Assembly: GCA_013239625.1 (NCBI GenBank)
Contig: MU054116.1
Coordinates: forward strand, 62,001-126,000
Length of the DNA stretch: 64,000 nucleotides
Direction: 5' to 3'
Origin: Lama guanicoe
Lineage: Eukaryota
Shown here: in pieces, positions 1 to 12,536 of the stretch
Position numbering within the stretch: the first letter of the stretch is position 1
How the letters are laid out: every line of letters begins with the position of its first letter
Made by a program: the position numbers and the translations under genes
The notes under the pieces: generated by a model
What the model saw: the letters and a program-made list of their open reading frames with translations, nothing else
Database searches by the model: none
Told to the model about the DNA's origin: nothing

Positions 1-60
1 ACACAACATTGTAAAATGACTATAACTCAATAAAAAAAGTTAAAAAAAAAAAAAAAGAAA
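1..60 (+). mobile_element. 3' end and poly(A) tail of a young LINE-1 (continues off the left edge)
   Basis: ACACAACATTGTAAAATGACTATAACTCAATAAAAAA plus A-tail; matches the L1 3' terminus at about 42755-42790 and 26127-26185. Confidence 0.8.
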
Positions 61-64
61 CCTA

Positions 65-430
65 GTTTGGTATATTCATGCAATGGAAAACCACTCAACT
101 ACCCAAAGGAGTAAACTGCTAAAACAAATAGAACAGAAAATTTCAAAAACATTATGCTGAGTGAAATAATACACTCATCAATGTACATCAATGTAAAATT
201 CTAGAACAGGAAAAACGAATCTGTAGTGACACATAAGTGACTGAATGAGGTCAGAGCAGAGTGTGCTGACTGCAAAGCACCAGAGGCAATGTTTTGGGAT
301 GACAGAGATGTTATACATCTTGTGGTCTGGTGATTACTTACATGGATACATTTTTCAAAATTTCTCAAACTTTACACTTCAAATGAATGTATTCTATTGT
401 GTATATATTATACCTTAATAACACTGATTG
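65..430 (+). mobile_element. Old LINE-1 (L1M-type) 3' UTR remnant
   Basis: Degenerate L1M 3' motifs: ggtatattcatgcaatggaa, aaaacattatgctgagtgaa, ttttgggatgacagagatgtt, attctattgtgtatatattataccttaataa. Confidence 0.6.
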
Positions 431-1626
431 AAAAAGCAAAGAAAATGAGCAAATTAACTTCAACAGGTACTTCACATAAAGAAATATCTAACCAGCAACT
501 GAGTATATGAAAATGGTATATGACTACAGACACACATACAGGCACTCAAACAGAAGTGGAGAAACTGGAATTCTTACACGCTGCTCATAGGAGTGCAACT
601 GGTATACACACTGTAACATATACTGCATGACTAGCAATTAAAATCTTAGGTGTATTACCACCCGAAATGTATGTGTATGTAAACAAAAAAATTATATACA
701 AGGTATTATTCTTACTAGTAGTACTGAAAATAAGCAAGACCTGCCCTCTTCTCCTATCTACCCTTCCCCTGATGGGTAGATTTCGAACAAGGATACGATA
801 TGTTAGATCCATCCCATTCCCTTTCTTTTTTTATACTGTCTCTTCTATAGACAGATTTCAGGCTGTTCCAAGTCAAGCAGTAGAAGTGTTTGTCTTGGGT
901 GGTGGAGTAGATTTGGATTTCCAGCACTACGTACAGTTATGAAAGACTCAAGATTTCCTTATTGGGATGTTCATAGCTATGTTTTCAATACTTCCATAAT
1001 GAAACTGGTATTTTAATCTCCATTTACTTGCCTACTTTCTCTCTCTACTTCATTTAGAACTCAAGCAAGGAATTAAGGGTGGGATTCCTTCAGGTCCCAC
1101 AGTCCCAACAGTGACAATGAGAGACCCACTTTTGTGCATATAAGTGGTATTACACATTGGAAGCAAAATGTGACAATACACTTCAAAATTCTAAAATGTA
1201 ATCGGCCTTTGCCTCAGAAATTTCTCTTCTGATAACATAAACTAAGGAAATAAATAAAGTTTATATAAAATATTTAATATATAATGATATAATATTTAAG
1301 TATGAGAAGCCTTATTAAATAAAGGATAATCCATAAAGAGTACAATGCAGAACATTTACAATGCAAACCTGTATTTTTACCATGTAAGTATTTATAGTTA
1401 TTGGCCTAGAAATTGAATGTATGTAAACTTTCAAATATATATATATAATATATAATATATTATATATATGAATATTTTCTCATTGAAAACATAGGCATAA
1501 AGCAAATTCGTTTTCTTTTCTTAACACTTTGTTATCTATGGGTTGAAGACTAACCAGAAATATCTTTTCATCAGAAAGTTACTGTTTTGCACTTGGAATG
1601 TGTCTAATAAAACTGTTGCATCTTAT

Positions 1627-1705
1627 TGTCTCCAAGGACACAATTCCCACTGCTACCCCTGTTAGGTATTTTGCCAAAATCCAGTGCCTTATAGATTCAT
1701 TAGTC
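1627..1705 (+). promoter_or_regulatory. Putative OR promoter cassette (O/E-like TGTCTCCAAGGACA plus homeodomain site TTCATTA) for the OR at 6995
   Basis: Homologous blocks recur at 12464, 26641, 43455 and 56576, each upstream of an OR. A candidate 5' exon splice donor (GA|GTAAGT) lies at about 2133. Confidence 0.5.
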
Positions 1706-4464
1706 ATATCTGAACTTTAGTCACGAAGGACTCTCAATCCACACAGAGGGGCCCCTGCACATCTTTAAGAGTCTGAGATGGTAATAAAACATTCATCTTA
1801 TTTCACTGTGTAAAAATCCATCTTTGCCCAGAGAAATCAGAAATTATCTTTTTTTAAAATCACCTTCTTTTTCTCATTTAAAATAAATGACTTTTTACTT
1901 CTGCTTTGAGATATAAGAAATTGCTTCCTAAGTTTAAAGTGGAAAAACATCTTTCATGAGAGTTTGCTGGCAACTCAGAGAGCACTATCCGCTGCACAGA
2001 GCCGTCTGTGAATGTGTGTCTCACTGCGAGGGGCACTTGTGCACACACTTGAGTCCACTCATCCTTTTAGTTTCATCTGTGACACTACCGGGATTACACA
2101 GTCAACTAAAGCCATGGTGACCTTCCATTAGAGTAAGTATGTTCTTTGGTAATTTCAGTTTCTTTCTTCATTCAGAGTTCTAGTTCCTTGGTCTATGCCA
2201 AATATCAAGTTTATCTATTTAAAAATCAGATGGCAATAAATTAATTTGGATAACTCCAGAAAAGAAAAGTTATTTCTAATACTTTTTAGCATTAGAGAAG
2301 TGAAATGTGAAGGGATTGAACGCATTATAAATATTTATTACACGCATTAGTAGAGATAGGTCAGTTATCTGTTCACTCTTTCTATCCTTAGTATCTGCAG
2401 CAGAACCAGCCATATTACAGCATCCCAATAATTATATCTTGAATGAATTCATGAGTACTTACAAGAACAGGAGGGACAAACAGAAGTGACCTTCCCTACA
2501 ATGTCACTCTTACCAATCAATACATATAACCAACATGTAACTATAATGCCCTTCATTAGTGTGCCAAGTTATCAGCAATGCTGCCATTAGCAATAGTTAC
2601 ACTGAGCGAGTTATAAATGCAAATATTCCTTGAAATATACTAAATAGAAAATATACCTGAATGAAAGTGGTTTACCAGATCATTCATTTAATATCCCAGT
2701 ATCACAGAAGACAATTATTGGTGATTATAAAGGGAGGACAGTTTGGGAGTTGGGAGCAATGCTCTGAGTTAGGATGCCACAGTGAAGCACTAAGAGCATT
2801 AGAGTTTTCTGTTTGGTTCAGCAGGGTCAGCTCCCTTATAATACTATCTAAAAGGGTACCTGATTATCAGCTAACTGTTTCTCCCCTGAGTGGAGATTAG
2901 GGCTCCTTTCCTATAGAGATGCCTTTAACCATAGGTCATTTCCTATCTACTGTATTCTGACACTGTGATTTGTTTCTGTCTTGAGAGAAATAACATGCCT
3001 TGATTCACCAAATCTTAGGAGAATACATTTCCACCTTTCTTGTAGGACAGTGATTGCAAAAAATTTATTGAAACCATTCATATAACAAACTAATTAATTT
3101 TTAAGTGGAAAAGCTTTTTTACTCCTTAGAATGGAGGGAAAACAAAAGACATAAACTCTTCACTAACAAAAGGAAGCAGCTGCCCAAATACTTACTTAAT
3201 AACAGCTGAGAAAGAAATGTGGAATATCTATTGCCTTGTGTCCAAAATTGCAGAGCCTCTGAACTCTGCCCATAGTATTTCTCTGCAGAACACTGAACGG
3301 GTTATCAGAGGCACCAAAATCCACATGCTTTATAAAGAATGCAGGAAAGAAAACACAATAGCTGCAGTGGCCATTGATTAATACTCTTATACATTATAAA
3401 CATAAGTATTAGAGCCAGTTACAGAGCAAAAAAAAGAAGGAAATAAAGGCGATAAAGAAGTAGGGGTAGTGGCTTTAACTTACCATCTACCAGGCACTCT
3501 GCACAGATTATTTCAATCAATACTCACAGTAATTCCATGAACTACATATTATGGGGAAAAGTGAGGCTAAAATGGAAAGGAGAAATGAGAACACTGAAGC
3601 CTTACTCCAGAGACTATGTAAAAAGTACAGAAAGTATACTTCCTCACTACACATCAGTCCACGGGAAAGCAACAAAGTTGGAGTCATACCTGCTTGACAT
3701 TAAAAATCAGTTTAAATTTTACCCTTAGGCTCATGTAAATATTTTTTAAATCATCCTCAAGGTCATTCTAAAGATCCAGTAAATCATTTTAAAGAAAATA
3801 CCTTGTATTTGATGTTTAAGACAAATGCAATGCTCACTTATTTATTTGAATATTTATTAGCTGGAAGTACTTCATTAATCTAAATGCTTGTGCATTTGCA
3901 ACTCAAAATCCACGAATATGTTCCTTCTCTTCCTTTTCACAATTCTTACCTAAAGCCTAAATGAATTAACTTCCATGTAACTGAGAGACAGATGAAGGCT
4001 TTCAAGGAAATACCTAGCATGGCATAACTCTCCATTAATAACAGTTCAAAACCTTTTTCCACAACATATAGGGGAGAATTAATCATATTTGGGCTTTAGA
4101 AAAACGATTGATTGTATTGGTTCTAAAATATCGAATGGGAAAAGCAGAGATATATGTTAAGCACATGTCAATATACTTTCACAATATTTCAGCTATGAGA
4201 TAAAGATATCCAGGGTACAATTAGTATTGGGAGTGAAAAAGCAAAAGGACCAAGTTAAGAAGATAACAGAAATGGCAAGACCTGGTGAGAAACTGAAAAT
4301 GGGAGTAAAGAAAAAGATACAATTAAGACTGTTCTTATGACTTAGGACTGACAGGGCAGGAAGCACAGTAACATGCACTATGTCTGAAATCTTGAAACAG
4401 ACACAACTAGAGGACTCTCAAAAGGAAATAACACGGAGACAAAGTAAGAATGCCTCATACGGTA

Positions 4465-4680
4465 AGTAGTAATGAGTGTTCACTGTGTTCCAGATGCAGC
4501 TGTAGATATTTTAGCTGCATATTTAAAGTCATCAGTACAACCCTAAAACGTGCATACTATTTTTATCTCAATTTTGCACATGAAAAAAGCACAGAACAAA
4601 GAAGTTAGGCAGACTGCCCAAGGACACTCAGAAAAGAAAAAGGAAAACTCTAAATTCAAACCTCTCAGTCTGATCTAGAT
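4465..4680 (-). mobile_element. MIR SINE remnant
   Basis: Degenerate MIR core: acaaccctaaaacgtgcatactatttttatctcaattttgcacatgaaaaaa...agaagttaggcagactgcccaaggacac...ttcaaacc. Confidence 0.6.
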
Positions 4681-4699
4681 GTCCAAAAATAAGTTGAAT

Positions 4700-5120
4700 G
4701 TTGAAGCAAAAATACTGTAAGATGTGTTTTCTCTGCAGATATAAATTTGGGAATTATACCTGATTTGAAGTTCCCTCGTTTATAAGAATCTCCTAGAGAG
4801 AGAGAAGAGCGAAAGAAAGGACTGCCTAGAAAAGAGATTTTAGGTCAATTAACGAGTAGAAAGATTAGAAAAAGAAAAGACACCATGAAGGAGAATGCAG
4901 ACAGAGTGGTAGGAAGAAATCCAGGAAAATGTGAAATAGTGTAAGTTAAGCTGTCATGGCTTCCCTAAGTTAGCAGTTTATTCTCTCTCATGCAGCAGAG
5001 AGTTTGAGTTAAACGAAGGCTGAATTGCATTTAATGAGTGAAACAAGAGGGAGGCTAGTCATGGCTTGTTGAGAGTAATTTAATTAGCACAATAATCAGA
5101 TGAGTTAATCTATAAATGGT
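4700..5120 (-). mobile_element. Probable L2 LINE remnant
   Basis: Degenerate purine-rich L2-like motifs (gcagatataaatttgggaatt; agagtggtaggaagaaatccaggaaaatgtg; atgcagcagagagtttgagt). Confidence 0.4.
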
Positions 5121-5303
5121 TAAAAGGACAAAGAAGACAATTATCACATAGATGGAACGTAAGTGAAAATACAGAAGCAGAAATGAGAAATGGCCAAGTC
5201 TTACTAAACCTGATACTGCTAAATGTCATTTATAATAATGTGACTAAGTGTATTTCAAGCTGAAACAAGGTTGACCAAAAACATTTTAAAAATCGGGGAT
5301 ATG

Positions 5304-5923
5304 TCAAAAGGACACATGCACCCCCATGTTCATAGCAGCACTATTTACAATAGGCAAGATGTGGAAACAACCTAAATGTCCATCAACAGATGACTGGATA
5401 AAGAAGATATGGTATATACATATATACAACGGAATACTACTCAGCCATAAAAAGAATGAGATAATGCCATCTGCAGCAACATGGATGAACCTGGAGATTG
5501 TCATTCCAAGTGAAGAAAGCCAGAAAGAGAAATAAAAATACCATATGATATCACTTATACAGAGAATCTTTAAAAAAAAGGCAAACTTACTACAAAACAG
5601 AAACAGACTCACAGACATAGAAAACACACTTATGGTTCCCAGGGAGACAGGGGGTGGGAAGGGATAAATTGGGAGTTTGAGGTTTGCAGATACTAACTAA
5701 TATATATAAAATAGATAAACAAGTCTATACTGTACAGCACAGGGAACTATATCCAATGTCTTGTAGTAACTTATGGTGTAAAAGAATATGAAAACAAATA
5801 TATGTATGTTCATGTATGACTGAAGCATTATGCTGTACACCAGAAATTGACACAACACTGTAAACTAACTATACTTCAATAAAAATATAAATATACAACA
5901 ATTAATTAATTACTTGAATTTTT
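5304..5923 (+). mobile_element. 5'-truncated young LINE-1 (ORF2 C-terminal end plus 3' UTR)
   Basis: Encodes [27 protein letters not shown] (ORF2p C-terminus). Flanked by a 16-bp TSD AAAAATC(G/A)GGGATATG at 5288-5303 and 5924-5939. Confidence 0.9.
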
Positions 5924-6994
5924 AAAAATCAGGGATATGGCTCTTCGGCTCTATAAATATACTCCTAACGTTCCCTTTCTTCTCTGTAATAAATTTTGAA
6001 GCAAACACATTACAAAACATACAAGGAGTGAAAATACATCATTATCAAATGTGGTTAGAAGGAAATAATAGAATTCAATTTAGAATTTTAATACCAAAAA
6101 GCTGTTCTGAATGAGAACCCTTTGGTGGGAAAAGAGAAGCAAGCTCTCAAGATCTAGAGAATATGAAACTGCAAAGCTAGTTAGAGTACACTAGGATTTT
6201 CCCTGTCAAAGGAATCAAAAACAATGCAATCCGCCCAAGAATACAATCCCAGAATTCAGCTTGTAAACTGGGGAGAAATTCTCTGAGGAACAAGGATATC
6301 CTACGAAGTATAAAAATATGTAACATACTCTATTCTAAGAGTAGGCGGAAAACATAATCAAGGATAAATATTACAAATACTAAATACGTACATTTGAAAT
6401 AAATTTTCTATGAGGGAAACCTCAAAGTGTTTGGACTGCAGCGCATTTAAATGAATCTTTAAGAAAATATATCCAGTAAAAACGTCTTAAACACACTTCT
6501 GAGAAGCTCGACTGGATAGGAAACAGGATAGACTATGTGATAAGTACTCACTGCCAGCTTAATAATAACACACGTGTAACTTTAATGCCAGCATCTTAAC
6601 AAAGACCATTTGGGGGTTACTTCTCTGCTAGAAGCATGTTTGAAAATAACAAATTGGGGGAAAGTAGATTTGTTGACCCAAAAGCAACTTACTGAAAGAG
6701 ACATTTTTTTCCAATAATATTTACAAGATATGTTGAACTGACACCAAACTAAGTTGTACTTTATCAGAAGCAGCAGTATGAAATAATGATTTTAAAATGA
6801 ATAGTCAGTTTCTGTGACACAAAGAGGTGATGAAACATTGTCATGTGCTGCGTGCTTGCTTCTCCACTAACCAATTGTATAGGAATCACTCTCAGATTTA
6901 CTTCGCCTGAGGCTAGAAACTGACCTGGACTCTGGAGTTCCTCATACAAAGTCTTACTGTTTCAAGCAGAAGGGGCAAGAGACAACCATCGAAG

Positions 6995-7933
6995 ATGAAA
7001 AACCAAACCACAATAACAACCTTCATCTTGCTGGGGCTGACGGATGACACTCAACTGAAAATTCTGCTTTTCATCTTTCTATTTCTTTCCTACATGTTGA
7101 GTGTATCTGGAAACCTAACCATCATCACCCTCACTCTGATGGATTCCCACCTCAAAACACCTATGTATCTTTTCCTCCAAAATTTCTCCTTCTTAGAAAT
7201 TTCATTCACAACTGCTTGCGTGCCCAGATTCTTGTACAGCATAGCATCCAGGGACAAGTCTATCACCTATAATGCTTGTGCCAGTCAACTGTTTTTCACA
7301 GACCTCTTTGCAGTAACAGAGTTTTTCCTCCTGGCCACCATGTCCTATGACCGCTATGTGGCCATCTGCAAACCCCTGCATTACACAACCACCATGAACA
7401 GCAGAGTATGCAAGAACTTCATCCTCCTCTGTTGGTTAGCAGCATTGATCATCATACTCCCACCAATCAGTCTGGGTTTGGGCTTGGAATTCTGTGATTC
7501 GAATGTCATTGATCACTTTTGCTGTGATGCTTCTCCTATCCTGAAGATCTCCTGCTCAGACACATGGCTGATAGAACAGATGGTCATAGTGTGTGCGGTG
7601 CTGACCTTCATTATCACTCTCATGGGTGTCGTTCTTTCCTACATTTATATCATCAGGACTATTCTAAGGTTTCCCTCTGCCCAGCAAAGGAAGAAGGCCT
7701 TCTCCACTTGTTCTTCCCACATGATTGTTGTTTCCATCACATATGGCAGCTGCATCTTCATTTATGCCAAACCGTCAGCCAAGGACGAGGTAGCTATTAA
7801 TAAAGGAATTTCGCTCCTCATTACTTCTATTTCACCAATATTGAACCCCTTTATTTACACACTGAGAAATAAACAAGTAAAGCAAGCTTTTCTTGACTCA
7901 ATTAAGAAAACTGTATTCCTCTCAAAGATGTAA
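6995..7933 (+). CDS. Olfactory receptor, family 6 subfamily C (OR6C68/OR6C2-like), intact 312 aa
   Basis: Single-exon ORF with OR motifs [33 protein letters not shown]...[14 protein letters not shown] and [12 protein letters not shown], plus an N-terminal NQT glycosylation site. Candidate acceptor AG at about 6969. Confidence 0.95.
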   Translation: MKNQTTITTFILLGLTDDTQLKILLFIFLFLSYMLSVSGNLTIITLTLMDSHLKTPMYLFLQNFSFLEISFTTACVPRFLYSIASRDKSITYNACASQLFFTDLFAVTEFFLLATMSYDRYVAICKPLHYTTTMNSRVCKNFILLCWLAALIIILPPISLGLGLEFCDSNVIDHFCCDASPILKISCSDTWLIEQMVIVCAVLTFIITLMGVVLSYIYIIRTILRFPSAQQRKKAFSTCSSHMIVVSITYGSCIFIYAKPSAKDEVAINKGISLLITSISPILNPFIYTLRNKQVKQAFLDSIKKTVFLSKM

Positions 7934-8199
7934 AGGAAAAATGAGTCAGTGAATCTTAATTAGATGATCAGGCACAAAACCTGAAGCTTCTGATGCTGTT
8001 TGTCCCTGTAAAATGTATTCTCCAGTCATATTGACATTGTATAATTTTCTTTTTAAACTTGCTTACTGTGAACCCTGACTGTTCCATCTTTCATTCTTCA
8101 CTGAAACTAAACTCAGGATGCTTACTCTCACCATCTGGCAGAAACTGCTACTTGCCAAACGTATCAGTTGTTACCTGCTGGAAATACGCTACACCACAT

Positions 8200-10295
8200 T
8201 TTTCTGACATGCTGCTCAGTGTGGCTATGCAGCCTCTGTTACAGCTAACAGAATGGGTGTGGAAGTGCTGTGAACCATTTTTAGATCGAGTCTATAAAAA
8301 TACCCAACATGGCAGCCACCCTCTGTTTTCCCTCTTCTATCTTCCAGATGTCCATGTTGAAATGACTTTGTCAGCTTCACTTTGATGATGAATGAGCTTG
8401 GTTTTCCAGTACCTCTATAGTCTTTACCTAAAGGACAGGCAGTCACAGCAAGCTTGGTAATGCTTCCCCTCTGCCCTCTGTGCAGGGAGTTGTCACCAAA
8501 TTCGACAGGTAAAGTATCACAGAACTATTCCTGCCACCTAGTTAAGGGGGCCACATTCACAGTTAGCGCTACACTGGGTACAAGGCTGAAATTACGACCC
8601 ACCCGAAGTATCATTACAGGTATATGCTGCTAAATTTGGTAGTATGGATATTTTGATTGACTACTGGCATCCTCCTCCTCAGACACACATAAATTTATGT
8701 GACTGTGTGAGGAAAATTTGTATTTAAAATAATATGTATAAAGTTGTGAAGCTGCAGTACTAGCCACCCTCTTCCTTATCTACTGATCCTATAAACCTTT
8801 CCAGGGAAGTGCCTGTATTACTTCCTCTCATTTCACTGTGAGGAGGCAATTATTTAAATAAAATTCTAGCCTTTAATGTTTGCCAACCACTTCTTTTAAA
8901 TAGCTAGTGTTTAAACGTCCCTTTCCAATTTTCAATGAGTCCACTGCATGTAACATGTCTATGCAATACTTCATTTTCCTTGACCCTTTATGTACACTGG
9001 TAGTATGAAAGTGACTTTATCAGAAGAAATATATTCAAGAGACCCTCAAGGTTTTCGTGCAAGTAGATGTTGGTCCCTCAGCCAATCTCTTTCAGTTTCC
9101 ATAAGCCTAACTGAGGGACTAAACTTAGCCCCCTGTACAAAAATTTGCCAATCATAATCTTTCAGGCTAAAATAAATTGAAGAAATCTGAATGTGGAGCT
9201 AAAGTGGCTTTCTCACATCCTACAATTGGTATTTCACAATTAATTCTTTTGGTTAATCCTGATAATTCATCTTTTTCATACTCTCCAAAAGTTGTCTAAA
9301 CAACTTATTGATTTAGCCAATTACCACTTTGACCCCATCTTTTCACTTCTTCCCTTTGACTGATCACTCCCTTGGATAATATCAATCTTGTTTGTTTCCA
9401 TCAAAGGTATTTTTTACCTCATGAGACAACTGAGAATTCAAGTACAGCTTCCTGAATATTACTTTAATATTCTGAGAATAAATTGATAAAAGATGCACAA
9501 GATTGGGAACTCATCTATTACAACAACTGTCATGGTCTGAACTAACAATATTAACTCAGGTCTGTCTTTCTGGTCATCATAAACTTTGTCTAAGGTGGTC
9601 TGCATGTGCAATATCCCCACATCAAAAGGAGTATTTCAATTGTGGGTCAAAGAGGGAATGGAGGAATTACCACTTTCAGGGTGGGCCTGCACAAACTCTG
9701 CCTTTACCCACTACAACAATACCATCAATAGCACACCAGGCAATGTCTGCTCACAGACCTTTGCAGCCCCTTGAATCATTAATCTAAATAATTTGTTCTA
9801 TTCAGTAGGGCCTAAAGTTAATGAACTAACCCCTTTTTACTCATGCCAAGAATCCACACTAGTCAAGATTCATTAAGCTTGCGCTGCTATTTCTTCATAA
9901 AATATTCTAGATCTTTTAAAAAATGGCTTTGGAATCTTTGATCATCTGATCATTGCCTCTGGCTACTTGTTACCCACATGAGTCAGTGGTCTTGAGTTCA
10001 TCTGAGAATGAATGAATTTCTGCCCAGGTGACCATATGAGCATGTGAAGGCTTTTCAGCAATGGAAAGACTTTATCTTGTTCACGTATACTCAAACTTCT
10101 TCCATCGGATGAGGGAATAGAACATTTTGCTAATTTCCATTGTGCATTGTGTTCTCTGTTTTTTCACTTGCCTACTTCTTTGGAGGCTCTGTTAATTTAC
10201 TTTGAATTTCATTGGTAAGATTTGTATCCCCATCTCTTAAAGATTTTCATCACTTAATAAAAAAGATGGCTTGGCAGCCACCCTAGCATCCAATC
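8200..10295 (-). mobile_element. Degraded class III (ERVL-type) endogenous retrovirus internal region: gag remnant joined to integrase/3' region
   Basis: Minus-strand conceptual translation gives gag-like GWLPSH (about 10275) and WILGMSK..GVSSLTLGPTE*NKLFRLM (about 9780-9856). Integrase-like YISSD (about 9020) and SGLIENWKGTFKH*L (about 8900-8945) follow, then LTVNVAPL...ILYLSNL (about 8500-8570). Many stops and frameshifts. Confidence 0.6.
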
Positions 10296-10344
10296 CTCTT
10301 TATGATTTTCCTTCTCTCTCCCTCTCTCCCTCCCCACTCCCCCC

Positions 10345-10347
<3 letters not shown>

Positions 10348-10387
<40 letters not shown>

Positions 10388-10388
10388 C
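10348..10388. repeat. (AC)~16 microsatellite followed by short (TA)n
   Basis: Directly visible dinucleotide run after a pyrimidine-rich tract. Confidence 0.95.
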
Positions 10389-10389
10389 T

Positions 10390-10880
10390 CAAGATATAAA
10401 GAAGAAACTCATGGTAGGAGAGGCAGAAGTCATGTATAGTCAAGACACACAGCCCTGGAAGGTGACCCACAAGTAACAGGAGGATAATCACAACTGCAGA
10501 TGTTCTCCCCAAGGGGCTAGAGGCCTGAGCCTCACAACAAGGTTCCCAATCTGGAGATCCTGCACCAAGATGAGCTCCCAGAATATCTAGCTTTGAAGGC
10601 CAGCTAGGCTTGCCTATGGGACAGATGGAGGGCTGCAGGAAACAGAGACTCTGCTCTTAAAGGACACACGCAAAATCTCACACACTCTGGGATGAAGGGG
10701 GAAAGAGCACAAACTTAAAGGGAACAAAGTCAGCTCCGACCCAACCCTCAGACCTCCAGCAACTTGGGGCCTGACCCAGCCCCCAGTAAAAAGGTGATGG
10801 CCACTGAGCAAAAGAGAAGCCCTATTTCACACCTGGCTCTGGCCCTAACCTCTCCTTCTTCAGCCCCACCTCCTACCAAG
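10390..10880 (+). mobile_element. LINE-1 5' UTR fragment
   Basis: Similar to the L1 5' UTR at about 33170-33480 (cccagaatatctagctttgaaggccag vs ccaggacgtctggttttaaaggccag; ctcttaaaggacacacgcaaaatctcac vs ctcttgaaaagtgtacacagaaactcac). Confidence 0.65.
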
Positions 10881-11258
10881 TTAAGATCAGGTCACAAGGA
10901 TGGGCTCTGTTCCAATACAAGATGTTCTTATAAAAAGGGTAAATTTGGATACAGAGACAGACACAAACAATGAGAAGATGATATGAAAGCAGAGACATAG
11001 AGGAAGAAGACAGCACGGTGACAGTGGAGGCAGAAATTAGAGGGCTGAAACTGCAGTGATGGAGCATCAAGGATACTGACTGCATCAGAAGCTAGGAGAG
11101 AGGCATGGAGGAGATTCTTCCTTGGAATGCTCAGAAAGAACCAAGCTATCAACACCTTGATTTTGGAATTCTGGCAACCAGAACTAGACAATGCATTTCT
11201 GTTGTTTTAATCCACCAGGTTATGTTGCGTTGTTATGGAGGCCCTAGCAAACTAACAG
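10881..11258 (+). mobile_element. MaLR LTR (MLT1C/MLT1B-like)
   Basis: Typical MLT1 motifs: agaagctaggagagaggcatgga, caacaccttgattttggaattctggcaaccagaact, atttctgttgttttaa, gccctagcaaactaaca end. Confidence 0.8.
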
Positions 11259-12345
11259 AGCACCTAAAACAGAACTTCAGATATCTGCAGCAAAAACTGA
11301 CATGACAAATGAAGACTAGACAAATCTACAGTTACAGCTGAAAACTTAAAATACTCCTCACTCAGTAACAGAACTTCTAGGCAGAAAATCAGCAAGGATA
11401 TAAAAGATCCCCATAAACCATCAACCAACAGGAAATAACTGACATTTATAGAATACTCTATAAAATAACAGAATACATGGGAAAGTATCTGGGCAGGTCT
11501 GAGACAGATGTACGAATTCTGGAGAGAGTCATAGAAGCACTCACCTTTATTATGTATATAAGCATGCACACATTTCAGGATGAACGCTGAACCATATACC
11601 CATGGTTCAAACAACAACAAAAAGAAAAACTCTTTTAGCAAAGGCTTAAAATACTAAACTGAGATTTCAACCAACACTACAGAAGGTAAGAATCAGCTTG
11701 TAGTCACAGTTTTTGAAGTTGGGAAACCCTGTGAGGTTTATAGCCAACTTAAATCATTCACATTTTCCAGATGAATATAACAGAACACAGAGTTTAAGCT
11801 CTGTAATATTCACTGTGCAGGATATAATCCAAAATTATTGGAGACAGAAAGAATGGGTAAAATGTGACCCATCCCAAAAGAAATGACAATCTGTAGGTAC
11901 AAAGTCCAGGATGACTCAGATATTGTGTATAATTATAGAAGGACTTTAAATCAGTCTACACAATTGTGCTTTATGAGATAAAGAAAGATAAAAGTTAAGA
12001 TTTCTCAGAAGAGAAAGAGAAAATACACAGTTTTAAAAGGAAAATGTTTAAAATGAAAAATACATTATGTTTCAGAAAAAAGTCACAGTTTTGGCCTAAT
12101 TATAGAATAGAGATTACAGAAGAGAAAGGAAATGATTTTGAAATTAGAACAACAAATTCTGTAATCCTTATAAAAGAGAAATAGAAACTGTTTTTAATTT
12201 ACAGAGACGCTGGGACCTATGGTACAATGTTACAGTCTATCGTATCTGTAATTTGAATCCCAGAAGAAGAGAAAGAGGGAATGGAGCAGAAAAAATACGA
12301 ATAATTTATGGCTGGGAACTTTTTACAGGAATAATAAATTGGATA
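11259..12345 (+). mobile_element. Old LINE-1 fragments (endonuclease region and ORF1 region)
   Basis: aggcagaaaatcagcaaggatata...aactgacatttatagaatactc (EN region) and ctgggacctatggtacaat...gaatcccagaagaagagaaag (ORF1 region). Confidence 0.6.
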
Positions 12346-12463
12346 AATTTATCATTTTAAAAATGCCTAACATGATATCAAAATCGTAGCAAATCACTGC
12401 CTTGTAATCTGACTTTTTACTGCATGCCTGGCCTGCTTCTGATGCTAATGTTATTTACACATG

Positions 12464-12536
12464 TGTCTCTGAGGACATTTTCCTCAGTTCTGCATTCTCT
12501 CTACCCAAAGTCCTATTACACAAGAGATTCATTAGT
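12464..12536 (+). promoter_or_regulatory. Putative OR promoter cassette for the OR at 16468/18642
   Basis: TGTCTCTGAGGACA, then AGATTCATTAGT about 60 bp downstream, identical to the 12-mer at 1693-1704. Confidence 0.45.

Noticed and set aside
667..1130. 91-aa ORF and a less AT-rich stretch that might be a processed pseudogene
   Set aside because: No recognisable protein similarity in the frames I tried, and no poly(A) or TSD found.
1435..1470. AT-rich quasi-palindrome (also TATTCATATATAT repeat at about 37818-37845)
   Set aside because: Degenerate (TA)n low-complexity sequence with no evidence of function.
7564..7800. Alternative-frame ORFs overlapping ORs (also 16749-16970, 19211-19435, 28921-29124)
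   Set aside because: Off-frame or antisense shadows of OR coding sequence.
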